A DNA stretch of 64,000 nucleotides, from positions 50,034,001 through 50,098,000 of the forward strand of contig NW_026262679.1 of NCBI RefSeq assembly GCF_021869535.1. The letters run 5' to 3'. Shown here one piece after another: positions 1 through 12,250 of the stretch; the first letter of the stretch is position 1; every line of letters begins with the position of its first letter. The DNA comes from Mytilus californianus. Its lineage: Eukaryota. The notes beneath the pieces are model-generated. The model was not told the DNA's origin and searched no databases. It saw only the letters and a program-made list of their open reading frames with translations. The position numbers and the translations under genes are program-made.

Positions 1-205
1 TATATTTGAGACGAATTATTTACTTTTTTGGTCTTTAGGAAAATGTTGTTTGTGCTGTATTTAGACCCCTCTACCAAGAAATTTGTTTTGCATGCACACG
101 TATAAAAATTGCAGTTTTTATCCAACGCAATCATAGGTTTGAACGTTGTTTTCAATTTAGACTTGTTTAAAATATTTTTGGGCTTGTATTATATTTGCCA
201 TCCCT

Positions 206-250
206 AACATCACTGATGAGACATTGATTGTCGAAATCCGGATATGGTGT
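206..250 (+). ncRNA. Type I minimal hammerhead ribozyme, copy 1
   Basis: ACAUCA (207-212), CUGAUGA (213-219), stem II GACA/UGUC, GAAA (233-236), palindrome AUCCGGAU, AUA cleavage triplet ending at 244, then UGGUGU pairing as stem I. Confidence 0.8.
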
Positions 251-743
251 ATAACATTTAGCACCTCATGTTGAGGTTTACCATCTTTGCCGCAAGTTTA
301 ATGTTTTCTACTTGGTATTAAATTAATATAGGAGAAAAATTTTGTTACACCTTGTGATCAATTAATTTGGCAATCGTCAATGGCAGTCAGCAGGGTTTAA
401 GAACATCAGTTGTTCGACCTGTTAGTCAAATGCGTTTTGTTAAAATATATTTTTTCACTCTTTTTTTATCTTTTGGAAAATGTTGTTTGTGCTGTATTTA
501 GACCCCTCTACAACGAAATTTGTTACATGCACACGCATAAAAATTGCGGGATTTTATCCATCGCAATCATGGGTTTGAACGTTGTTTTCAATTTAAACTT
601 GTTTATATTTATTTCGTTTGGGCTTGTAATATATTTTCCCTCCGGTTTATATAATCCGTTCATCCTATTTTGACTCTTAAAAATTCAAGAGTCTATCCTA
701 AATTGAGGTAAAATTAATGGCCTTCCAAATACTTGCGATCCCT

Positions 744-788
744 AACATCTCTGAAGAGACATTAACTGTCGAAATCCGGATATGGTGT
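744..788 (+). ncRNA. Type I minimal hammerhead ribozyme, copy 2
   Basis: CUGAAGA (751-757), GACA-uuaac-UGUC, GAAA (771-774), AUCCGGAU, AUA triplet ending at 782, UGGUGU. One mismatch at the base of stem I (aacatct). Confidence 0.72.
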
Positions 789-1222
789 AAAACATTTAGC
801 ACCTCATGTTGTGGTTTACCATCTTTGCCGCAAGTTTATTGTTTTCTACTTGGTATTAAATTAATATAGGAGATCCATTTTGTTACACCTTGTGATCAAT
901 TAATTTGGCAATCGTCAATGGCAGTCAGCAGGGTATAAGAACATCAGTTGTTCGACCTGTTAGTCAAATGCGTTTTGTTAAAATATATTTTTTCACTCTT
1001 TTGGTCATTTGGAAAATGTTGTTTGTGCTGTATTTAGACCCCTCTACAACGAAATTTGTTACATGCACACGTATAAAAATTGCGGTTTTTATCCAACGCA
1101 ATCATAGGTTTGAACTTTGTTTTCAATTTAGACTTGTATATATATATATATCCGTTAAAATTCAAGAGTTTATCCTAAATTGAGATAAATTATATGGCCT
1201 TCCAAATACCGTTTCGATCCCT

Positions 1223-1267
1223 AACATCACTGAAGAGACATTAATTGTCGAAATCCGGATATGGTGT
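1223..1267 (+). ncRNA. Type I minimal hammerhead ribozyme, copy 3
   Basis: ACAUCA, CUGAAGA (1230-1236), GACA-uuaau-UGUC, GAAA (1250-1253), AUCCGGAU, AUA triplet ending at 1261, UGGUGU. Confidence 0.8.
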
Positions 1268-1687
1268 ACAAATTTTTGCACCTCATGTTTGCGGTATACC
1301 ATCTTTTCCGCAAGTTTATTGTTTTCTGTTTGGTATTAGATTAATATGTACGATCCATTTTTTACATCTGGTGATCAATTTATTTGGCAATCGCCAATGG
1401 CAGTCAGCAGGGTTTATGAACATCAGTTTTTCGACCTGTTAGTCAAATGCGTTTTGTTAAAATATACTTTTTCACTTTTTTGGTCTTTTGGAAAATGTTG
1501 TTTGTGCTGTATTTAGACCCCTCTACCAAGAAATTTGTTTTACATGCACACGTATAGAAATTACGGTTTTTATCCAACGCAATCATAGGTTTGAACGTTG
1601 TTTTCAATTTAGGCTTGTATATATATATATATAAGTAATTGAATACGTGAAGAGCCTTATAACCAATCCGCTATTGCGTATTCTGTA

Positions 1688-1922
1688 AGAGTAACGCGAC
1701 GAATGTCATATGTGGAGCAGGATTTGCCTACCCTTTCGGAGCACTTAAGATAACCCCCAGTTTTTGGTGGGGTTCGTATTGCTCATTCATTAGTTTTTCT
1801 ATGTTGTGTTTTGTGAACTGTTTGTCTGTTGGTCTTTTTGTTTTTTTATACATTTTTATTTAAATCATTTTATTTTCGACTCTTGAGTTTTAATGTCCCT
1901 TTGGGATCTTTCGCCTCTCTTT
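1688..1922 (+). mobile_element. Abundant dispersed repeat matching the 3' end of a Penelope-like retroelement
   Basis: gtggagcaggat..ccctttcggagcac..agataacccccag..ggggttcg..ttttctatgttgtg. Other copies: ~15010-15290 (-), 16900-17035 (+), 26320-26510 (-), 27865-28090 (-), 32440-32830 (+), 34690-34750 (-), 37940-38155 (-). Confidence 0.7.
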
Positions 1923-4435
1923 TAGGACCAGAAAGGACAGAAGAAAGCCAAATCCATCAAAGATCAAATTTGCCTTATGAAGTTGAAGTATAAGTTTCTT
2001 GATATGACTCTAACTGTTTATACAGAGAATTTAACACAGGTGTAATAAAGCTGGTCAGTACCGGAGCACTGACTTCTGACTACTCAGATACTATCATCAG
2101 TCCAACGGCAGAGGTATCGACCCAGTGATAAAGTTGTGAAGTAATGACATTTTATGTCATATTCATGTTAAAAATTTTTAATGAAAAGACGATCTTGCAT
2201 GTCGTTTCAACTGAAAAACGTAACAGGCATTGGCTTGGATTGATACCTGTGTCACTTCTCGGGGAGTAATGCATAGGAATAGGAATAGGAATGGAACGGA
2301 ATTTGAGGTTAACGGCATTTATATAGCCTTTCAAAAACACAAATAACACAAGATAACTATAGGTTAACATACAACAATAAGATAGCTTCCAACAGCACAG
2401 AAGAATCAATATAATTTATGAAGGTCAAAATATCTTAAGAAAGAGTCTAAAGGTATGAAATCACTTAGGTTTCTATTTTATATTAAGCAATTTCAAGCAT
2501 TCCAGGAATTTCGTCTGAAGTTTACATTAAATGACAGTAGTCTCATGTCAAAACAATACCTAAACCTTGATTGTGCAGAATTATTCAACACATCTTTAAT
2601 TTTTTACAAGCCTTAGGGCGCACTGTTTACCGGAATACGGGAAGTACAAAACAAAATAGGCAAGATATGTCCTTCATTTTATTCACAATAAATATTCAAC
2701 GAAGGTTCAATAGTTATCCGAGGCCCATAAACTTTCATTTCACACTAAAATCACCAATTTTATTTGCATTTTTATGTGTAAAATATGTATTTCGTTCGTA
2801 TATGTTCTTCGTACACGGGCCGGGATAAGTTGTTTTGTTTTTAAACAAACTGGAAATATATCACACAATGATGAAAAAAATGAAAGATCTGTCGTTATCA
2901 CAAACATGACAAATGTAACCCGCCAAGTAAACAGAGCATCGATGCTCTTATGAATTAAATGATACACGTTTTTCGGATATCACTTTCTCTGTACCGCTTC
3001 TGATGGACTTGCAGTCCCTAAGAGTAGAATCAGCACATTAGCTGGTGCCATCGTTCTTGCATGATACACATTACTTTTAAAACCAGGTTTAATCCACCAT
3101 TTTTTACATAAGGAAATGCCTGTACCAAGTCAGGAATATGACTGTTGTTTTCCATTCGTTTGAAGTGTTTGAATTTTCCTTGGAGTTCGGTATTTTTGTT
3201 ATTTTGCTTTTTAATTAGATTTGAACATTATGTCATAGTGTAAAATAGTCATTTGTCTATTTTTGAAAACCGTAATGTGTTGAACTATAACAATAGTTTT
3301 TTTGTGTCGTCTGGTTGCTGCTCCAATAACATATACCCCCGAAATAAGTTATTCTTGTTTAAGTTGATGAATGTGTTCAAGACCATAATCGTTAAAAGTC
3401 ACAAGAATTCTAAGAATTCTAATCTACTGCAGAGATATTATAAAGGAAAATAATCGTCAATAAGACTGACTAAGACGGGTGGCATGGCTGTCATTAATTG
3501 TCGGAATACATTTCAATAAGGATACCAATCACATTATCGTGTGCCAGTCCTAGAAAATTGAAAACAAAACTTTATAAATTTCAGGATTAACCTTCATCAG
3601 GAAAGACAACCGACAACAGGAATTCCTAAAACAGTATTTTAACAGTTATTGTGGTTCGTAGCTTGAATAATTTATATCACCATACGGATGTGTAGATACC
3701 TATAGCTACTTGCCTATTGCTTAAAACTGTTTGTTGACTTTTAGATTTTTCGTATGGGTTTTTTTTTGTATTATAGAGTTCATATCTTTTTTTATTTAAG
3801 TGTGTTTTTGTTATTGCGATAATACTTTTCCAATCCTTCAGTCAAAAATTGAATTGCCTACATTTATATATTTGAAAAACGTTTTGACTCTTTTTCGGTC
3901 CTCAAAAAAGTTACACACAATATTTTGCAAATTTTTAAATATAAATAACAAGTTGAAAATGTTGTGTTCTTTTTTTTTTCTCATGTATACATACGATGAA
4001 ATCAAATGTTATATCTTTTATTTTACTGTCAAGTTGTACTTTATGCGAGAACATTAGCAGGTTATATAAAAAAGAGTACAAGAAGAATAAGTTATCATTA
4101 TACAGCATTGCACCACTTGCACTAACATATTTCCATGCTCAGTGAACCGCGAAACTGAGTAAAAATTCTTCTTTGAAATATAATTTTAAAAGTTTACATA
4201 CAAATGAACAGATGTATTGAAGTAACCAAATCTTCACTATATGTAAATATTGATAGCTAAACAAATATTTCATTGGACCATACTGTCTCAAATGATATTT
4301 GACAAAATATTATATTCCCCTTATTCGAATTCCTCAAGATTTAACTAGTATGAGTTATCCTTCTTTGGTCAAACATAATTAATAAGATAAGATAAGTCTA
4401 GACAGCCTCCGAATACTTTTTGTTTGTAACCGAAA

Positions 4436-5870
4436 ATGGCTAAACTGTTTTATGTGGAAGATGACAATGAAATCGAAGAAATGCTCCAAATCAAAGACTC
4501 TTTGAACACTAAATTAAAGGAATGTATTTGCAGTTAAATGTTTAGGACAGTTTCTTGAGGAGTAGGAGGGAAACCCCAAATTTGAGGAGTATTACCTTTC
4601 AGAATTCGACGCGGCACTGAAAAGTTTCTATGCTGAAAAACTGATGGGAGTCTTTTTAGAGAAATCTGCAATTCAGAATGTTTAATAACGTTCATCAAGA
4701 TACCTTTATGAAAAAAAAACATGGACATCAACAAGGACAATGGATTCACTCTGAGCAATTTATTATTTCAAGCAGTAATTGTTGATTTAAAACGCAAGGG
4801 CTATGCAAAAAGTAAAATCACAAAAGTACTGAACTCCGAGGAAAATTCAAAAAGGAAAGTCCATAATCAAATGGCAAAATTAAAAGCTCAAACACATCAA
4901 ACGAATGGGTAACAACTGTCATATTCCTGACTTGGTACAGGCATTTTCTTATGTAGAAAATGGTGGATTGAACCTGGTTTTATAGCTAGCTAAACTTCTC
5001 ACTTGTATGATAGTCGCATCAAATTCCATTATATTGACAACGATGCATGAACAAAACAAACAGACACAATAGGTTAAAATGTCAACAATAGGGATACTGC
5101 AGTCAACATTGTGTTATCATCTTAATCACTATAAAAACAAACAAATGTAACAAAGAAGCACAAAAGGCATACATCAAATTTAACATCCAAAGGTTTTAAG
5201 TACTGCCGTAGAATCGTGCGTTTGACGTCACACAGGTAGATATAAAATAATTTTGTCGTTCAAAGTATGACGGGATACATAAGTACGGAGTCACGTCAAA
5301 TGGATATCACTAAAAACAGACTTAACAGTAAAAGTAATATTAATAAAATAAAATAATTTTGTCGTTCAAAGTATGACGGGATACATAAGTACAGAGTCAC
5401 GTCAAATGGATATCACAAAAAACAGACTTATCAGTAAAAGTAATATTAATAAAGACAAATAAAAGAATACTATAACACGTTATTAAGATGATAAACAACG
5501 TCAGTACGTAGAATCTATAATTCAAGACCATCGTGTATTATTTGTGAAGTTGATACGGAATATTTATCAACAAGGTCTTGGTACCTTCAACAGTTGACCA
5601 TTATCCCGATATTTCTGAGGAAGATTTGCAGAAACTTTGCAGTGATGATCTTCTAGTTTTCGATGTTAATACTCCTTATAGTCTTGAGATCAGAAAAATT
5701 TATGCACAATGACTAAAGACACATTTCGTGTGAAAAAAGATGCAGGTGGCTTAAAATAATCAAAACAAGGATGAAAGGGATAAAAATCAAAGGGCTAACA
5801 CTGATCCATCAGAATCAGTAACTGAAGAACGCATGTACGAGAAGAAAGGTAATTTTTTATCCTGCCGATA
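4436..5870 (+). pseudogene. Crypton-like (DUF3504-type tyrosine recombinase) relic, frameshifted and interrupted by an insertion
   Basis: Translated pieces: MAKLFYVEDDNEIEEMLQIKDSLNTK / FAVKCLGQFLEE*EGNPKFEEYYLSEFDAALKSFYAE / MDINKDNGFTLSNLLFQAVIVDLKRKGYA [insert] TVDHYPDISEEDLQKLCSDDLLVFDVNTPYSL / MTKDTFRVKKDAGGLK / DERDKNQRANTDPSESVTEERMYEKK. Family call is from motif recall. Confidence 0.65.
4808..5589. mobile_element. ~780 bp non-autonomous dispersed element with an internal 106-bp tandem duplication
   Basis: A second copy lies at ~19550-20095 and a partial inverted copy at ~3075-3205. Internal duplication at 5244-5349 / 5350-5452. Removing the element restores the host reading frame. 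Confidence 0.75.
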
Positions 5871-6871
5871 ATTGGCTGTTGTTTTAAGTTACAAAATGTT
5901 TACATGTATGAATATATTGAAAAGAATGTATATGGAAGGCATTTGCATGGCATAAAATATTATTGCTGACAAAAAATCTCCATACACACAAGAATATTTA
6001 ATAAACACAGATCTTTTATTGCTTTTTTTTACCACAAAGTCGTGTATAAATTCAGCTCAATAGATATTTCAAAATAAAGAAATCACGGACAATTTGTTGA
6101 AATAAAACCGTTGAAAGAGAGAACATATAGAATCAGTGAAATAAAAATTTGAAATTTTAGCATGTTTATCAGATGGTTTCCAAAGAAATTGCATACATTG
6201 TAGTGTAAGTGTCCAATATGCTTTATTGTTGACACATTTTCACTTCCCTTCTATTTTTGAAGAACATGCATGTAGAAAATCATTAAATATACAAGTATTC
6301 ATATACTTTGTACATTACAATGATACACATGTATGTGTGAAAACCTTTTATTGTGTTCTGTTGATATCATAGTTGAAATAAAAAGTTGGAGTTATCTTTT
6401 ATTGTTGTATTATATTCATATTTCATTTCAAGAAGTCAAATAAAGTATAGATAGTGGAATAAACATTCATCTCCCTTGCCGTTTGGAGATATCACGATTT
6501 GTTCACCCTCCAAAAGTCCTGTTTTCCTCGAGCGAAGCCTTTGGAAAATATGAATTTTCTTGAGTAAAATCTCTCCATATCTCCCTCAGGCCAGGGAAAA
6601 AAAATGTATAACAATCTACCTTTAACCAAACCCGTTACCTAATACACGGTGAAAAGATGTACAGTCCGACCCGACGCACATGCCAGACAACATGAAGCTC
6701 CCACCCAAAATCTCGTAGACGGAACATACATATAATAATGATAATAAGTAAATAATATGGTATTGATTTATTTATTTCTCAATAAGTAAAGGAGTAAACA
6801 ATGTTTAGGTTAATTGCAATTTATATAAATCCCGAGTAGTTCCAGTTCATAGTGTCAGCTTAATGGTGTTT

Positions 6872-9409
6872 TTACTGCTTAAACATTTTCATAAATATCC
6901 ACATGGATGCCACAAGCATAACTGACATCGTCATAGAATCTAAAATAGATAAAACTTCATCGTTTCTAAACTTTACAAATATTTTTATATTTAAAAAACA
7001 ACCATTAGGCTGCGTTAATGCACATTGACGGCAATTTATGGCCATGGATTATGTGATGTAGGTTATTAAAACATAAACTGGTTTAAATTGAAAATAAATA
7101 ACAGTTATTTTTACTTCAATATTAAAAATAAATTCAAATAAGTAACGCTTATATACAGTCTAAGTTGTTTTTTTTTATTTTGCAAACCTTACATTGTCGA
7201 ACGTATAATTCCTACCACAGTCTCAATTCCTGAAAATGTTTTTTTTTTGCATTCTTGGCTTTCAAATTTTTGTGGTTTAAATGTTCCTGATAAAGGTAAA
7301 TCAAGAAAATCGCTTCGGACGCACCAACAAAGTGATATTTTCATTTATTATGCATATTATCTGAAACTTAATATTCTGTATGGATATCTTGTTTGGGAAA
7401 CGGTTACTTACCTGCCCCTGAACATGTTGTGACACAACCAGCATGTGTAAGATCTTCGTCACTACCATCAGAACAATCAACTGTTCCATCACATCTTCTT
7501 GCACTGGTAACACAATTCACTACACCGGAAACGCATCCATAGTTATCGGCTCCACAGTTCTATAAGAATTTAAAAACATGATTAACGAGTTTTATTTTCT
7601 TTAAAGTATACAAAGTTTAATTACTAAAATGGCTAAGTATAATCTTCATATATGAAAATAAGGTGAAAAAGACCACACCATTTATTAAATTTAACAACAT
7701 CCGGTTTTTTAAATAATATTTTCATCCTGTTCAAGACTGTTACAGGAAAATTTCTATTCCGTCAAAATTGTCACCCATCATACGCATCAATCATGAGAAT
7801 TGAAGCCGTTGTAGAGATGACGCGCTATAATTTAAGCTCGATCTTTGAAATCGATAAAATGCAAATTATATCACGACGATTTTAACTTGAAAGTTGTATT
7901 TCTTCTACCTTATAAGAATCAATCAAAAACACTTCTGATTAGTTGTCAGGGCGTATTTTCGAAATTCAATATAACACTAAAAAAGTTCAATTAAAATATT
8001 TCGTGGGAGGGCTTACATGAAGTTTAAGAAATTAGAATGAATAATAATCGTTGATTACGCCATAAAAAGTTTTTTTTTAAGTTATGCATTTTCAAGATCA
8101 AATATGAAAGTCTGTCGGCAAGGTTTTTATATAGAAATTTAAAGAGGTGTGTATTTGTCTTCAGTTTCAAAGATTTATTATATCTCATAGCTTCATACTT
8201 TGATTTGTGTATAAATAATAAGTGTATGTGATACAAAGTAAGATTCGTCAAACACAGAAATTTTTATTGTCAATTCAATATCAAACTGATGGTCAGTTCA
8301 ACGTGAGATTTATAAAACAGTAACCTTATCTAAGTTTCCAAGTTGACTGGGATAACAAGTTGACGTCCAGCAACTATTAGTTTCTGCATCGTCACCAGCA
8401 CAGTCCGTTCCACCACCAGATGCCGCTGGGTTGTCACATTGTCTTGTCCGGGTGTATTGTCCATTTCCACATGTCACTGAACATGATCCATAAGCAGACC
8501 ACGATCCCCAGTTTCCATTAACTGAAAAAAGTTTATTGATTCTAGACATGAACAGTTAGCAATGCATATTTTTATTTTTATTCAGATATACTTTGGTTCG
8601 TACTAAAAAGTTAAAATCCAGGCAACTTCTCAAAAGCGGTTTCGTAGGTATTAAACCAACAATTCAATTCCTTTATAATCAATCTTTTTTTTCAATCTAC
8701 ACAGGTATCTTAATATTGTATCGTAAGTTTAACTTCGTGTGAGCCATGCATATCATGCATTTTTTTTTATGTATCACCTTTCTCTATTACAATTTTCAAC
8801 CATGCATAATGATAATGTAATTAGGAAAATAGCAGACTTGTTAAAGAGTTCCATACCAGAAGAACAGTTTCCACAATGTACATTTTAAGTTTAGATAACC
8901 AGTCAATGGAGGGAAACATAAATTAAACATTTTAATACTAAGTGAAATATCAATAGACGAAAAAAGAGCAATAACATGTTAAACCCCGCCGTACAATGTA
9001 TTAAAAAATTAGAAGATATGGTATGATTGCCAATGAGACAAATCTCCATCAGAAAACAAATGACATATATATAGAAGTAAGCAACTATAGGTCACCGTAC
9101 GACCTTCAACAATAAGCAAAATCCATATCGCATATTAAGCTATTTAAAGTAGCCCCAAAATGACAAATGTTAAACAATTCAAACAAGAAAACTAACTAAG
9201 ATTTATGTACAAAACAATGTCATTTGGACTCTGATGACTAGTTGTTTCATTGGCAATCAAATCACACAGCCTATTTCAATAATGTCATACAAAAAATATT
9301 AAAATCAGAAATGTCATTTATAGACGAAAAATTGAAGATACTTACCAACTTGACCTTTTGCCAATTCCACAAAAGCGAATACTGTCACAGCCAACAATAA
9401 CCGACTCAT
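6872..9409 (-). CDS. Gene C: small putative GPI-anchored TSP1 + LDL-receptor class A protein (158 aa)
   Basis: Exons 9409-9346 (MSRLLLAVTVFAFVELAKGQV), 8521-8325 (TSP1, VNGNWGSWSAYGSCSVTCG..), 7559-7412 (LDLa, NCGADNYGC..RCDGTVDCSDGSDE..CSGA) and 6939-6872 (DSMTMSVMLVASMWIFMKMFKQ*). All introns GT-AG, phases 1/0/1, total 477 nt. All four exons are conserved in paralog D. Confidence 0.88.
9011..9270. mobile_element. Very abundant short dispersed repeat (agatgtggtatgattgccaatgagacaac family)
   Basis: Further copies at ~15674-15812, 20745-20885, 27503-27670, 31652-31802, 33820-33990, 52935-53330, 62470-62660 and 62690-62900, in both orientations. Confidence 0.75.
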
Positions 9410-11399
9410 GTCTGAAAAGGTTAGAGATTAATTCCGTTATTGTGTTTTTGTAAATTTTCTGTTGCTTTTAGAAAGACGACATGCACTTCGATATCTGTCT
9501 GTTTCTTTACTACTTCTTTTTGCATACTTTTGACATTGCAGTAAATTTTGTGTTGGTTTTTTTTTTTCAATGTATCGTTTTTGTTTTATATGTAAGCGTC
9601 CATTTCTACAGTCTGAACGAATACGACAAGAATCTCGAAAAAGTTAAATGACAAAAAAGTGTTTACTTAAAATCATTGTACAGTTTCACATTAATAAAAC
9701 AAAATGAAATAAAATTATTAAAGATATACATGCAAAGTGTTTACTGTCGATTTACATGAACCAAAAACTTTAAAATTAACTGTTCACTTCGGAGTTTCAA
9801 TTTAATATCTAATTTTTAAAGAATGGGTCTATATCACAATATTTAATGTTTAGATAAATGCACAATATGATATTGAAACGCAAAAATGCAAAAGTAAAAT
9901 TACATTAACTCAAAAAACAATATTTATAAATGTTATAAATATTTAGGCCTGTATTTAATAATCTAGGTCTTAAGCGGATTTAGTACACCTGCTGTAGTTA
10001 AAGAAAGTTTAAATTATCTAAATGGGTATCAAACTATGCTTTTAATTCAATCCTGTCTTTTCATACCAAAACTTAACATCCTATGTATTGTCTGACTTTC
10101 TTTTTAATCAAAATGAAAGACTGAACAACTTAGCCCACTATTAGCAAATTAAGTTATGTTTCTTTTGCGAACAATGCAAGAGCGCTCTATGTCAACACTG
10201 CATGACTTTTAGAAAACATACACAAGCATGGCTTAAAAAAGATATTATTTAAAACATCGAAACTAAGAAGACAAAGAGAAGCACCGATTATATTTACTAA
10301 AACAAACAAAATCGGACACAAAAAAAAAACCAAATGTATCCTTACTCGTTAGTAGACATTAGCACTATATAAATTAATGTATCGTCAAACACAAAGTGAC
10401 TGTTTGGTAGATGTAAATCATTTACACGGTTCAAATAATTATACTAAAGTTCTAAGTAATATACCAGAACTGTATGAGATGTCAAGTTTTAATATTCAGT
10501 CGGCATAATACAAATCTAAAATATCATCAAGACTGATTGGTATATCTGAAAACCGCTTACAGAGTACAGCTCTTAATGATAAAGTTACAGACCAAATTTC
10601 TTACCACTCAATATTACAGAAGCGGCAACAAGAATTCCGTATGTACAAATACAGTATTCCCCCACTCCCGACCGTGTAGGTATATACTGAATATCAAATT
10701 TCACTTAAAATTTCAATAAAAAAAGATAAAATGTAATACACGCACCAAGCAAATCCATGAAATTGCGGCACTCACTAACAAAACCAGAAATATACGAGCC
10801 ACAAATTAAAAATGATACATTTAAAGAATAGTAAAAATATGGGAAAATCATGAGCTGAGAATAATGAGTCTAATGACTTCATTGCAAATAACATGAATAA
10901 TATTTTGTTTTATTTTCAAACGATTTCCATTTACAAGAGGTCGAGGGAAAAGTTGTATTTTTCTCAAAATACATGTTTTTTTTTTTCATTCAACATACCA
11001 GTTCGATTTGAGCATGAATTAAAAAGAGCTCCCTAAAGTTTTCAAGGTAATGCTGCTCTTGAAGAGTTTTGAACTGCATGTATTCTTTTTATTCGAGATT
11101 CCAAACATGCATTCAAATAAGTATGTAAACATCTAAGCACCTAAGCCCAGATATATTTGCGTCGTGGGGCCAGGTGAAGATCCGATGATTTAATTTGTTA
11201 AGAAGTAACGTGGATTAAATTTCTCGGTTTTTGTAACAACATTTTGAAATAAGATATAGAGTAGGTTGGTCATTATGATAATGTTAGAAATTACTCTTTT
11301 TTGTAACAGTGACCCAGTCACAGAGGTAATCTGCTTAACAGATAATAAACATTTGTTGATTCACCTGTTTGTTTAATGTAGGATAGTTTAATAACTTAT

Positions 11400-12250
11400 C
11401 AAAAAATAATCCATGTATAACTTTTATCAATATTTAAATAAAAATTTTAATTACTATAAGAAGAAATGGAATTAACATTTTACTGACTTATCTCTTCAAA
11501 TTCAAATTTAGATATAAATTCCTTGTTTTAGGTCATGAACAATCCTACTTTGTGAATAACTACACTGATTCCAACCACAAATGCACCGAAGATGAATCAT
11601 CAAAATGCTAGGCTTTTTTTATCGACAAAATATATATTGAGTTTGGTAGATTGACATAATAACAGACAGTCGGTACATGTATTCCAATGTGTAATAATTG
11701 TACACCAACTACTGGCCGCTTTGTTTTTGAACTCATATGAACCAGAATTCATACAGAACCTACTCAGAGACAAATGGAATAAGCATCTTGCAAAATTCTT
11801 TATTTCCACTTTCAGATATATTCATAATCTCCCCCTGTCACTCATTTACCCACCTTCCGTCTCATATATCCATGTGAACTTGAAATAAGGATACTTCAGA
11901 AAATTGAAGGTCTTTTTCATATGTTAATCTGTTCCTCTATGACAAACGTAATGATTTCAACTTTTAAACTGTCATCTTCCCATTAAGCAGGAGAAGCATA
12001 TCCTCTGACCAATCTTGTGTTGTTTACATTTCTCTATTAATACGCTACGCTCGTGCATGTTAACAAAATATGGACTTCATTAAGTGTATGCTCTATACAC
12101 AAAAAATGCTCCAAAAGATATAAGAAAAAGAACTACTGAAATATACATTACGTAGTTTTACTGTTCCCATTACGAACTGGTTGACCGAAACAATGTATCT
12201 GTGTCTAACGTCAATAGCTACACGTTTTTTGCGGTCTACATCATTAGATA
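11400..12250 (+). pseudogene. Penelope-like reverse transcriptase relic
   Basis: Pieces: FRYKFLVLGHEQSYFVNNYTDSNHKCTEDE..IKMLGFFIDKIYIEFG, IPMCNNCTP..LFLNSYEPEFIQNL, STFRYIHN (decayed YIDD), IYPCELEIRDT, LYDKRNDFNF, YELVDRNNVSVS. Multiple frameshifts and stops. Confidence 0.7.

Larger units (their letters stand above)
1..1632 (+). repeat. Tandem array of ~440-540 bp units carrying hammerhead ribozymes (retrozyme-like); probably continues past the window start
   Basis: The landmark aaatgttgtttgtgctgtatttagacccctctac recurs at 41, 478, 1014 and 1493. Length differences lie next to the (TA)n / A+T block. The array ends in (TA)n at ~1632. Confidence 0.9.

Noticed and set aside
410-1442. Short ORFs in the tandem array (and most other 60-100 aa ORFs in the track)
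   Set aside because: Not conserved in frame between repeat units, low complexity, or lying inside dispersed repeats.
10450-10720. Possible LINE 3' remnant
   Set aside because: Only a faint MYKYSI resemblance; too degraded to call.
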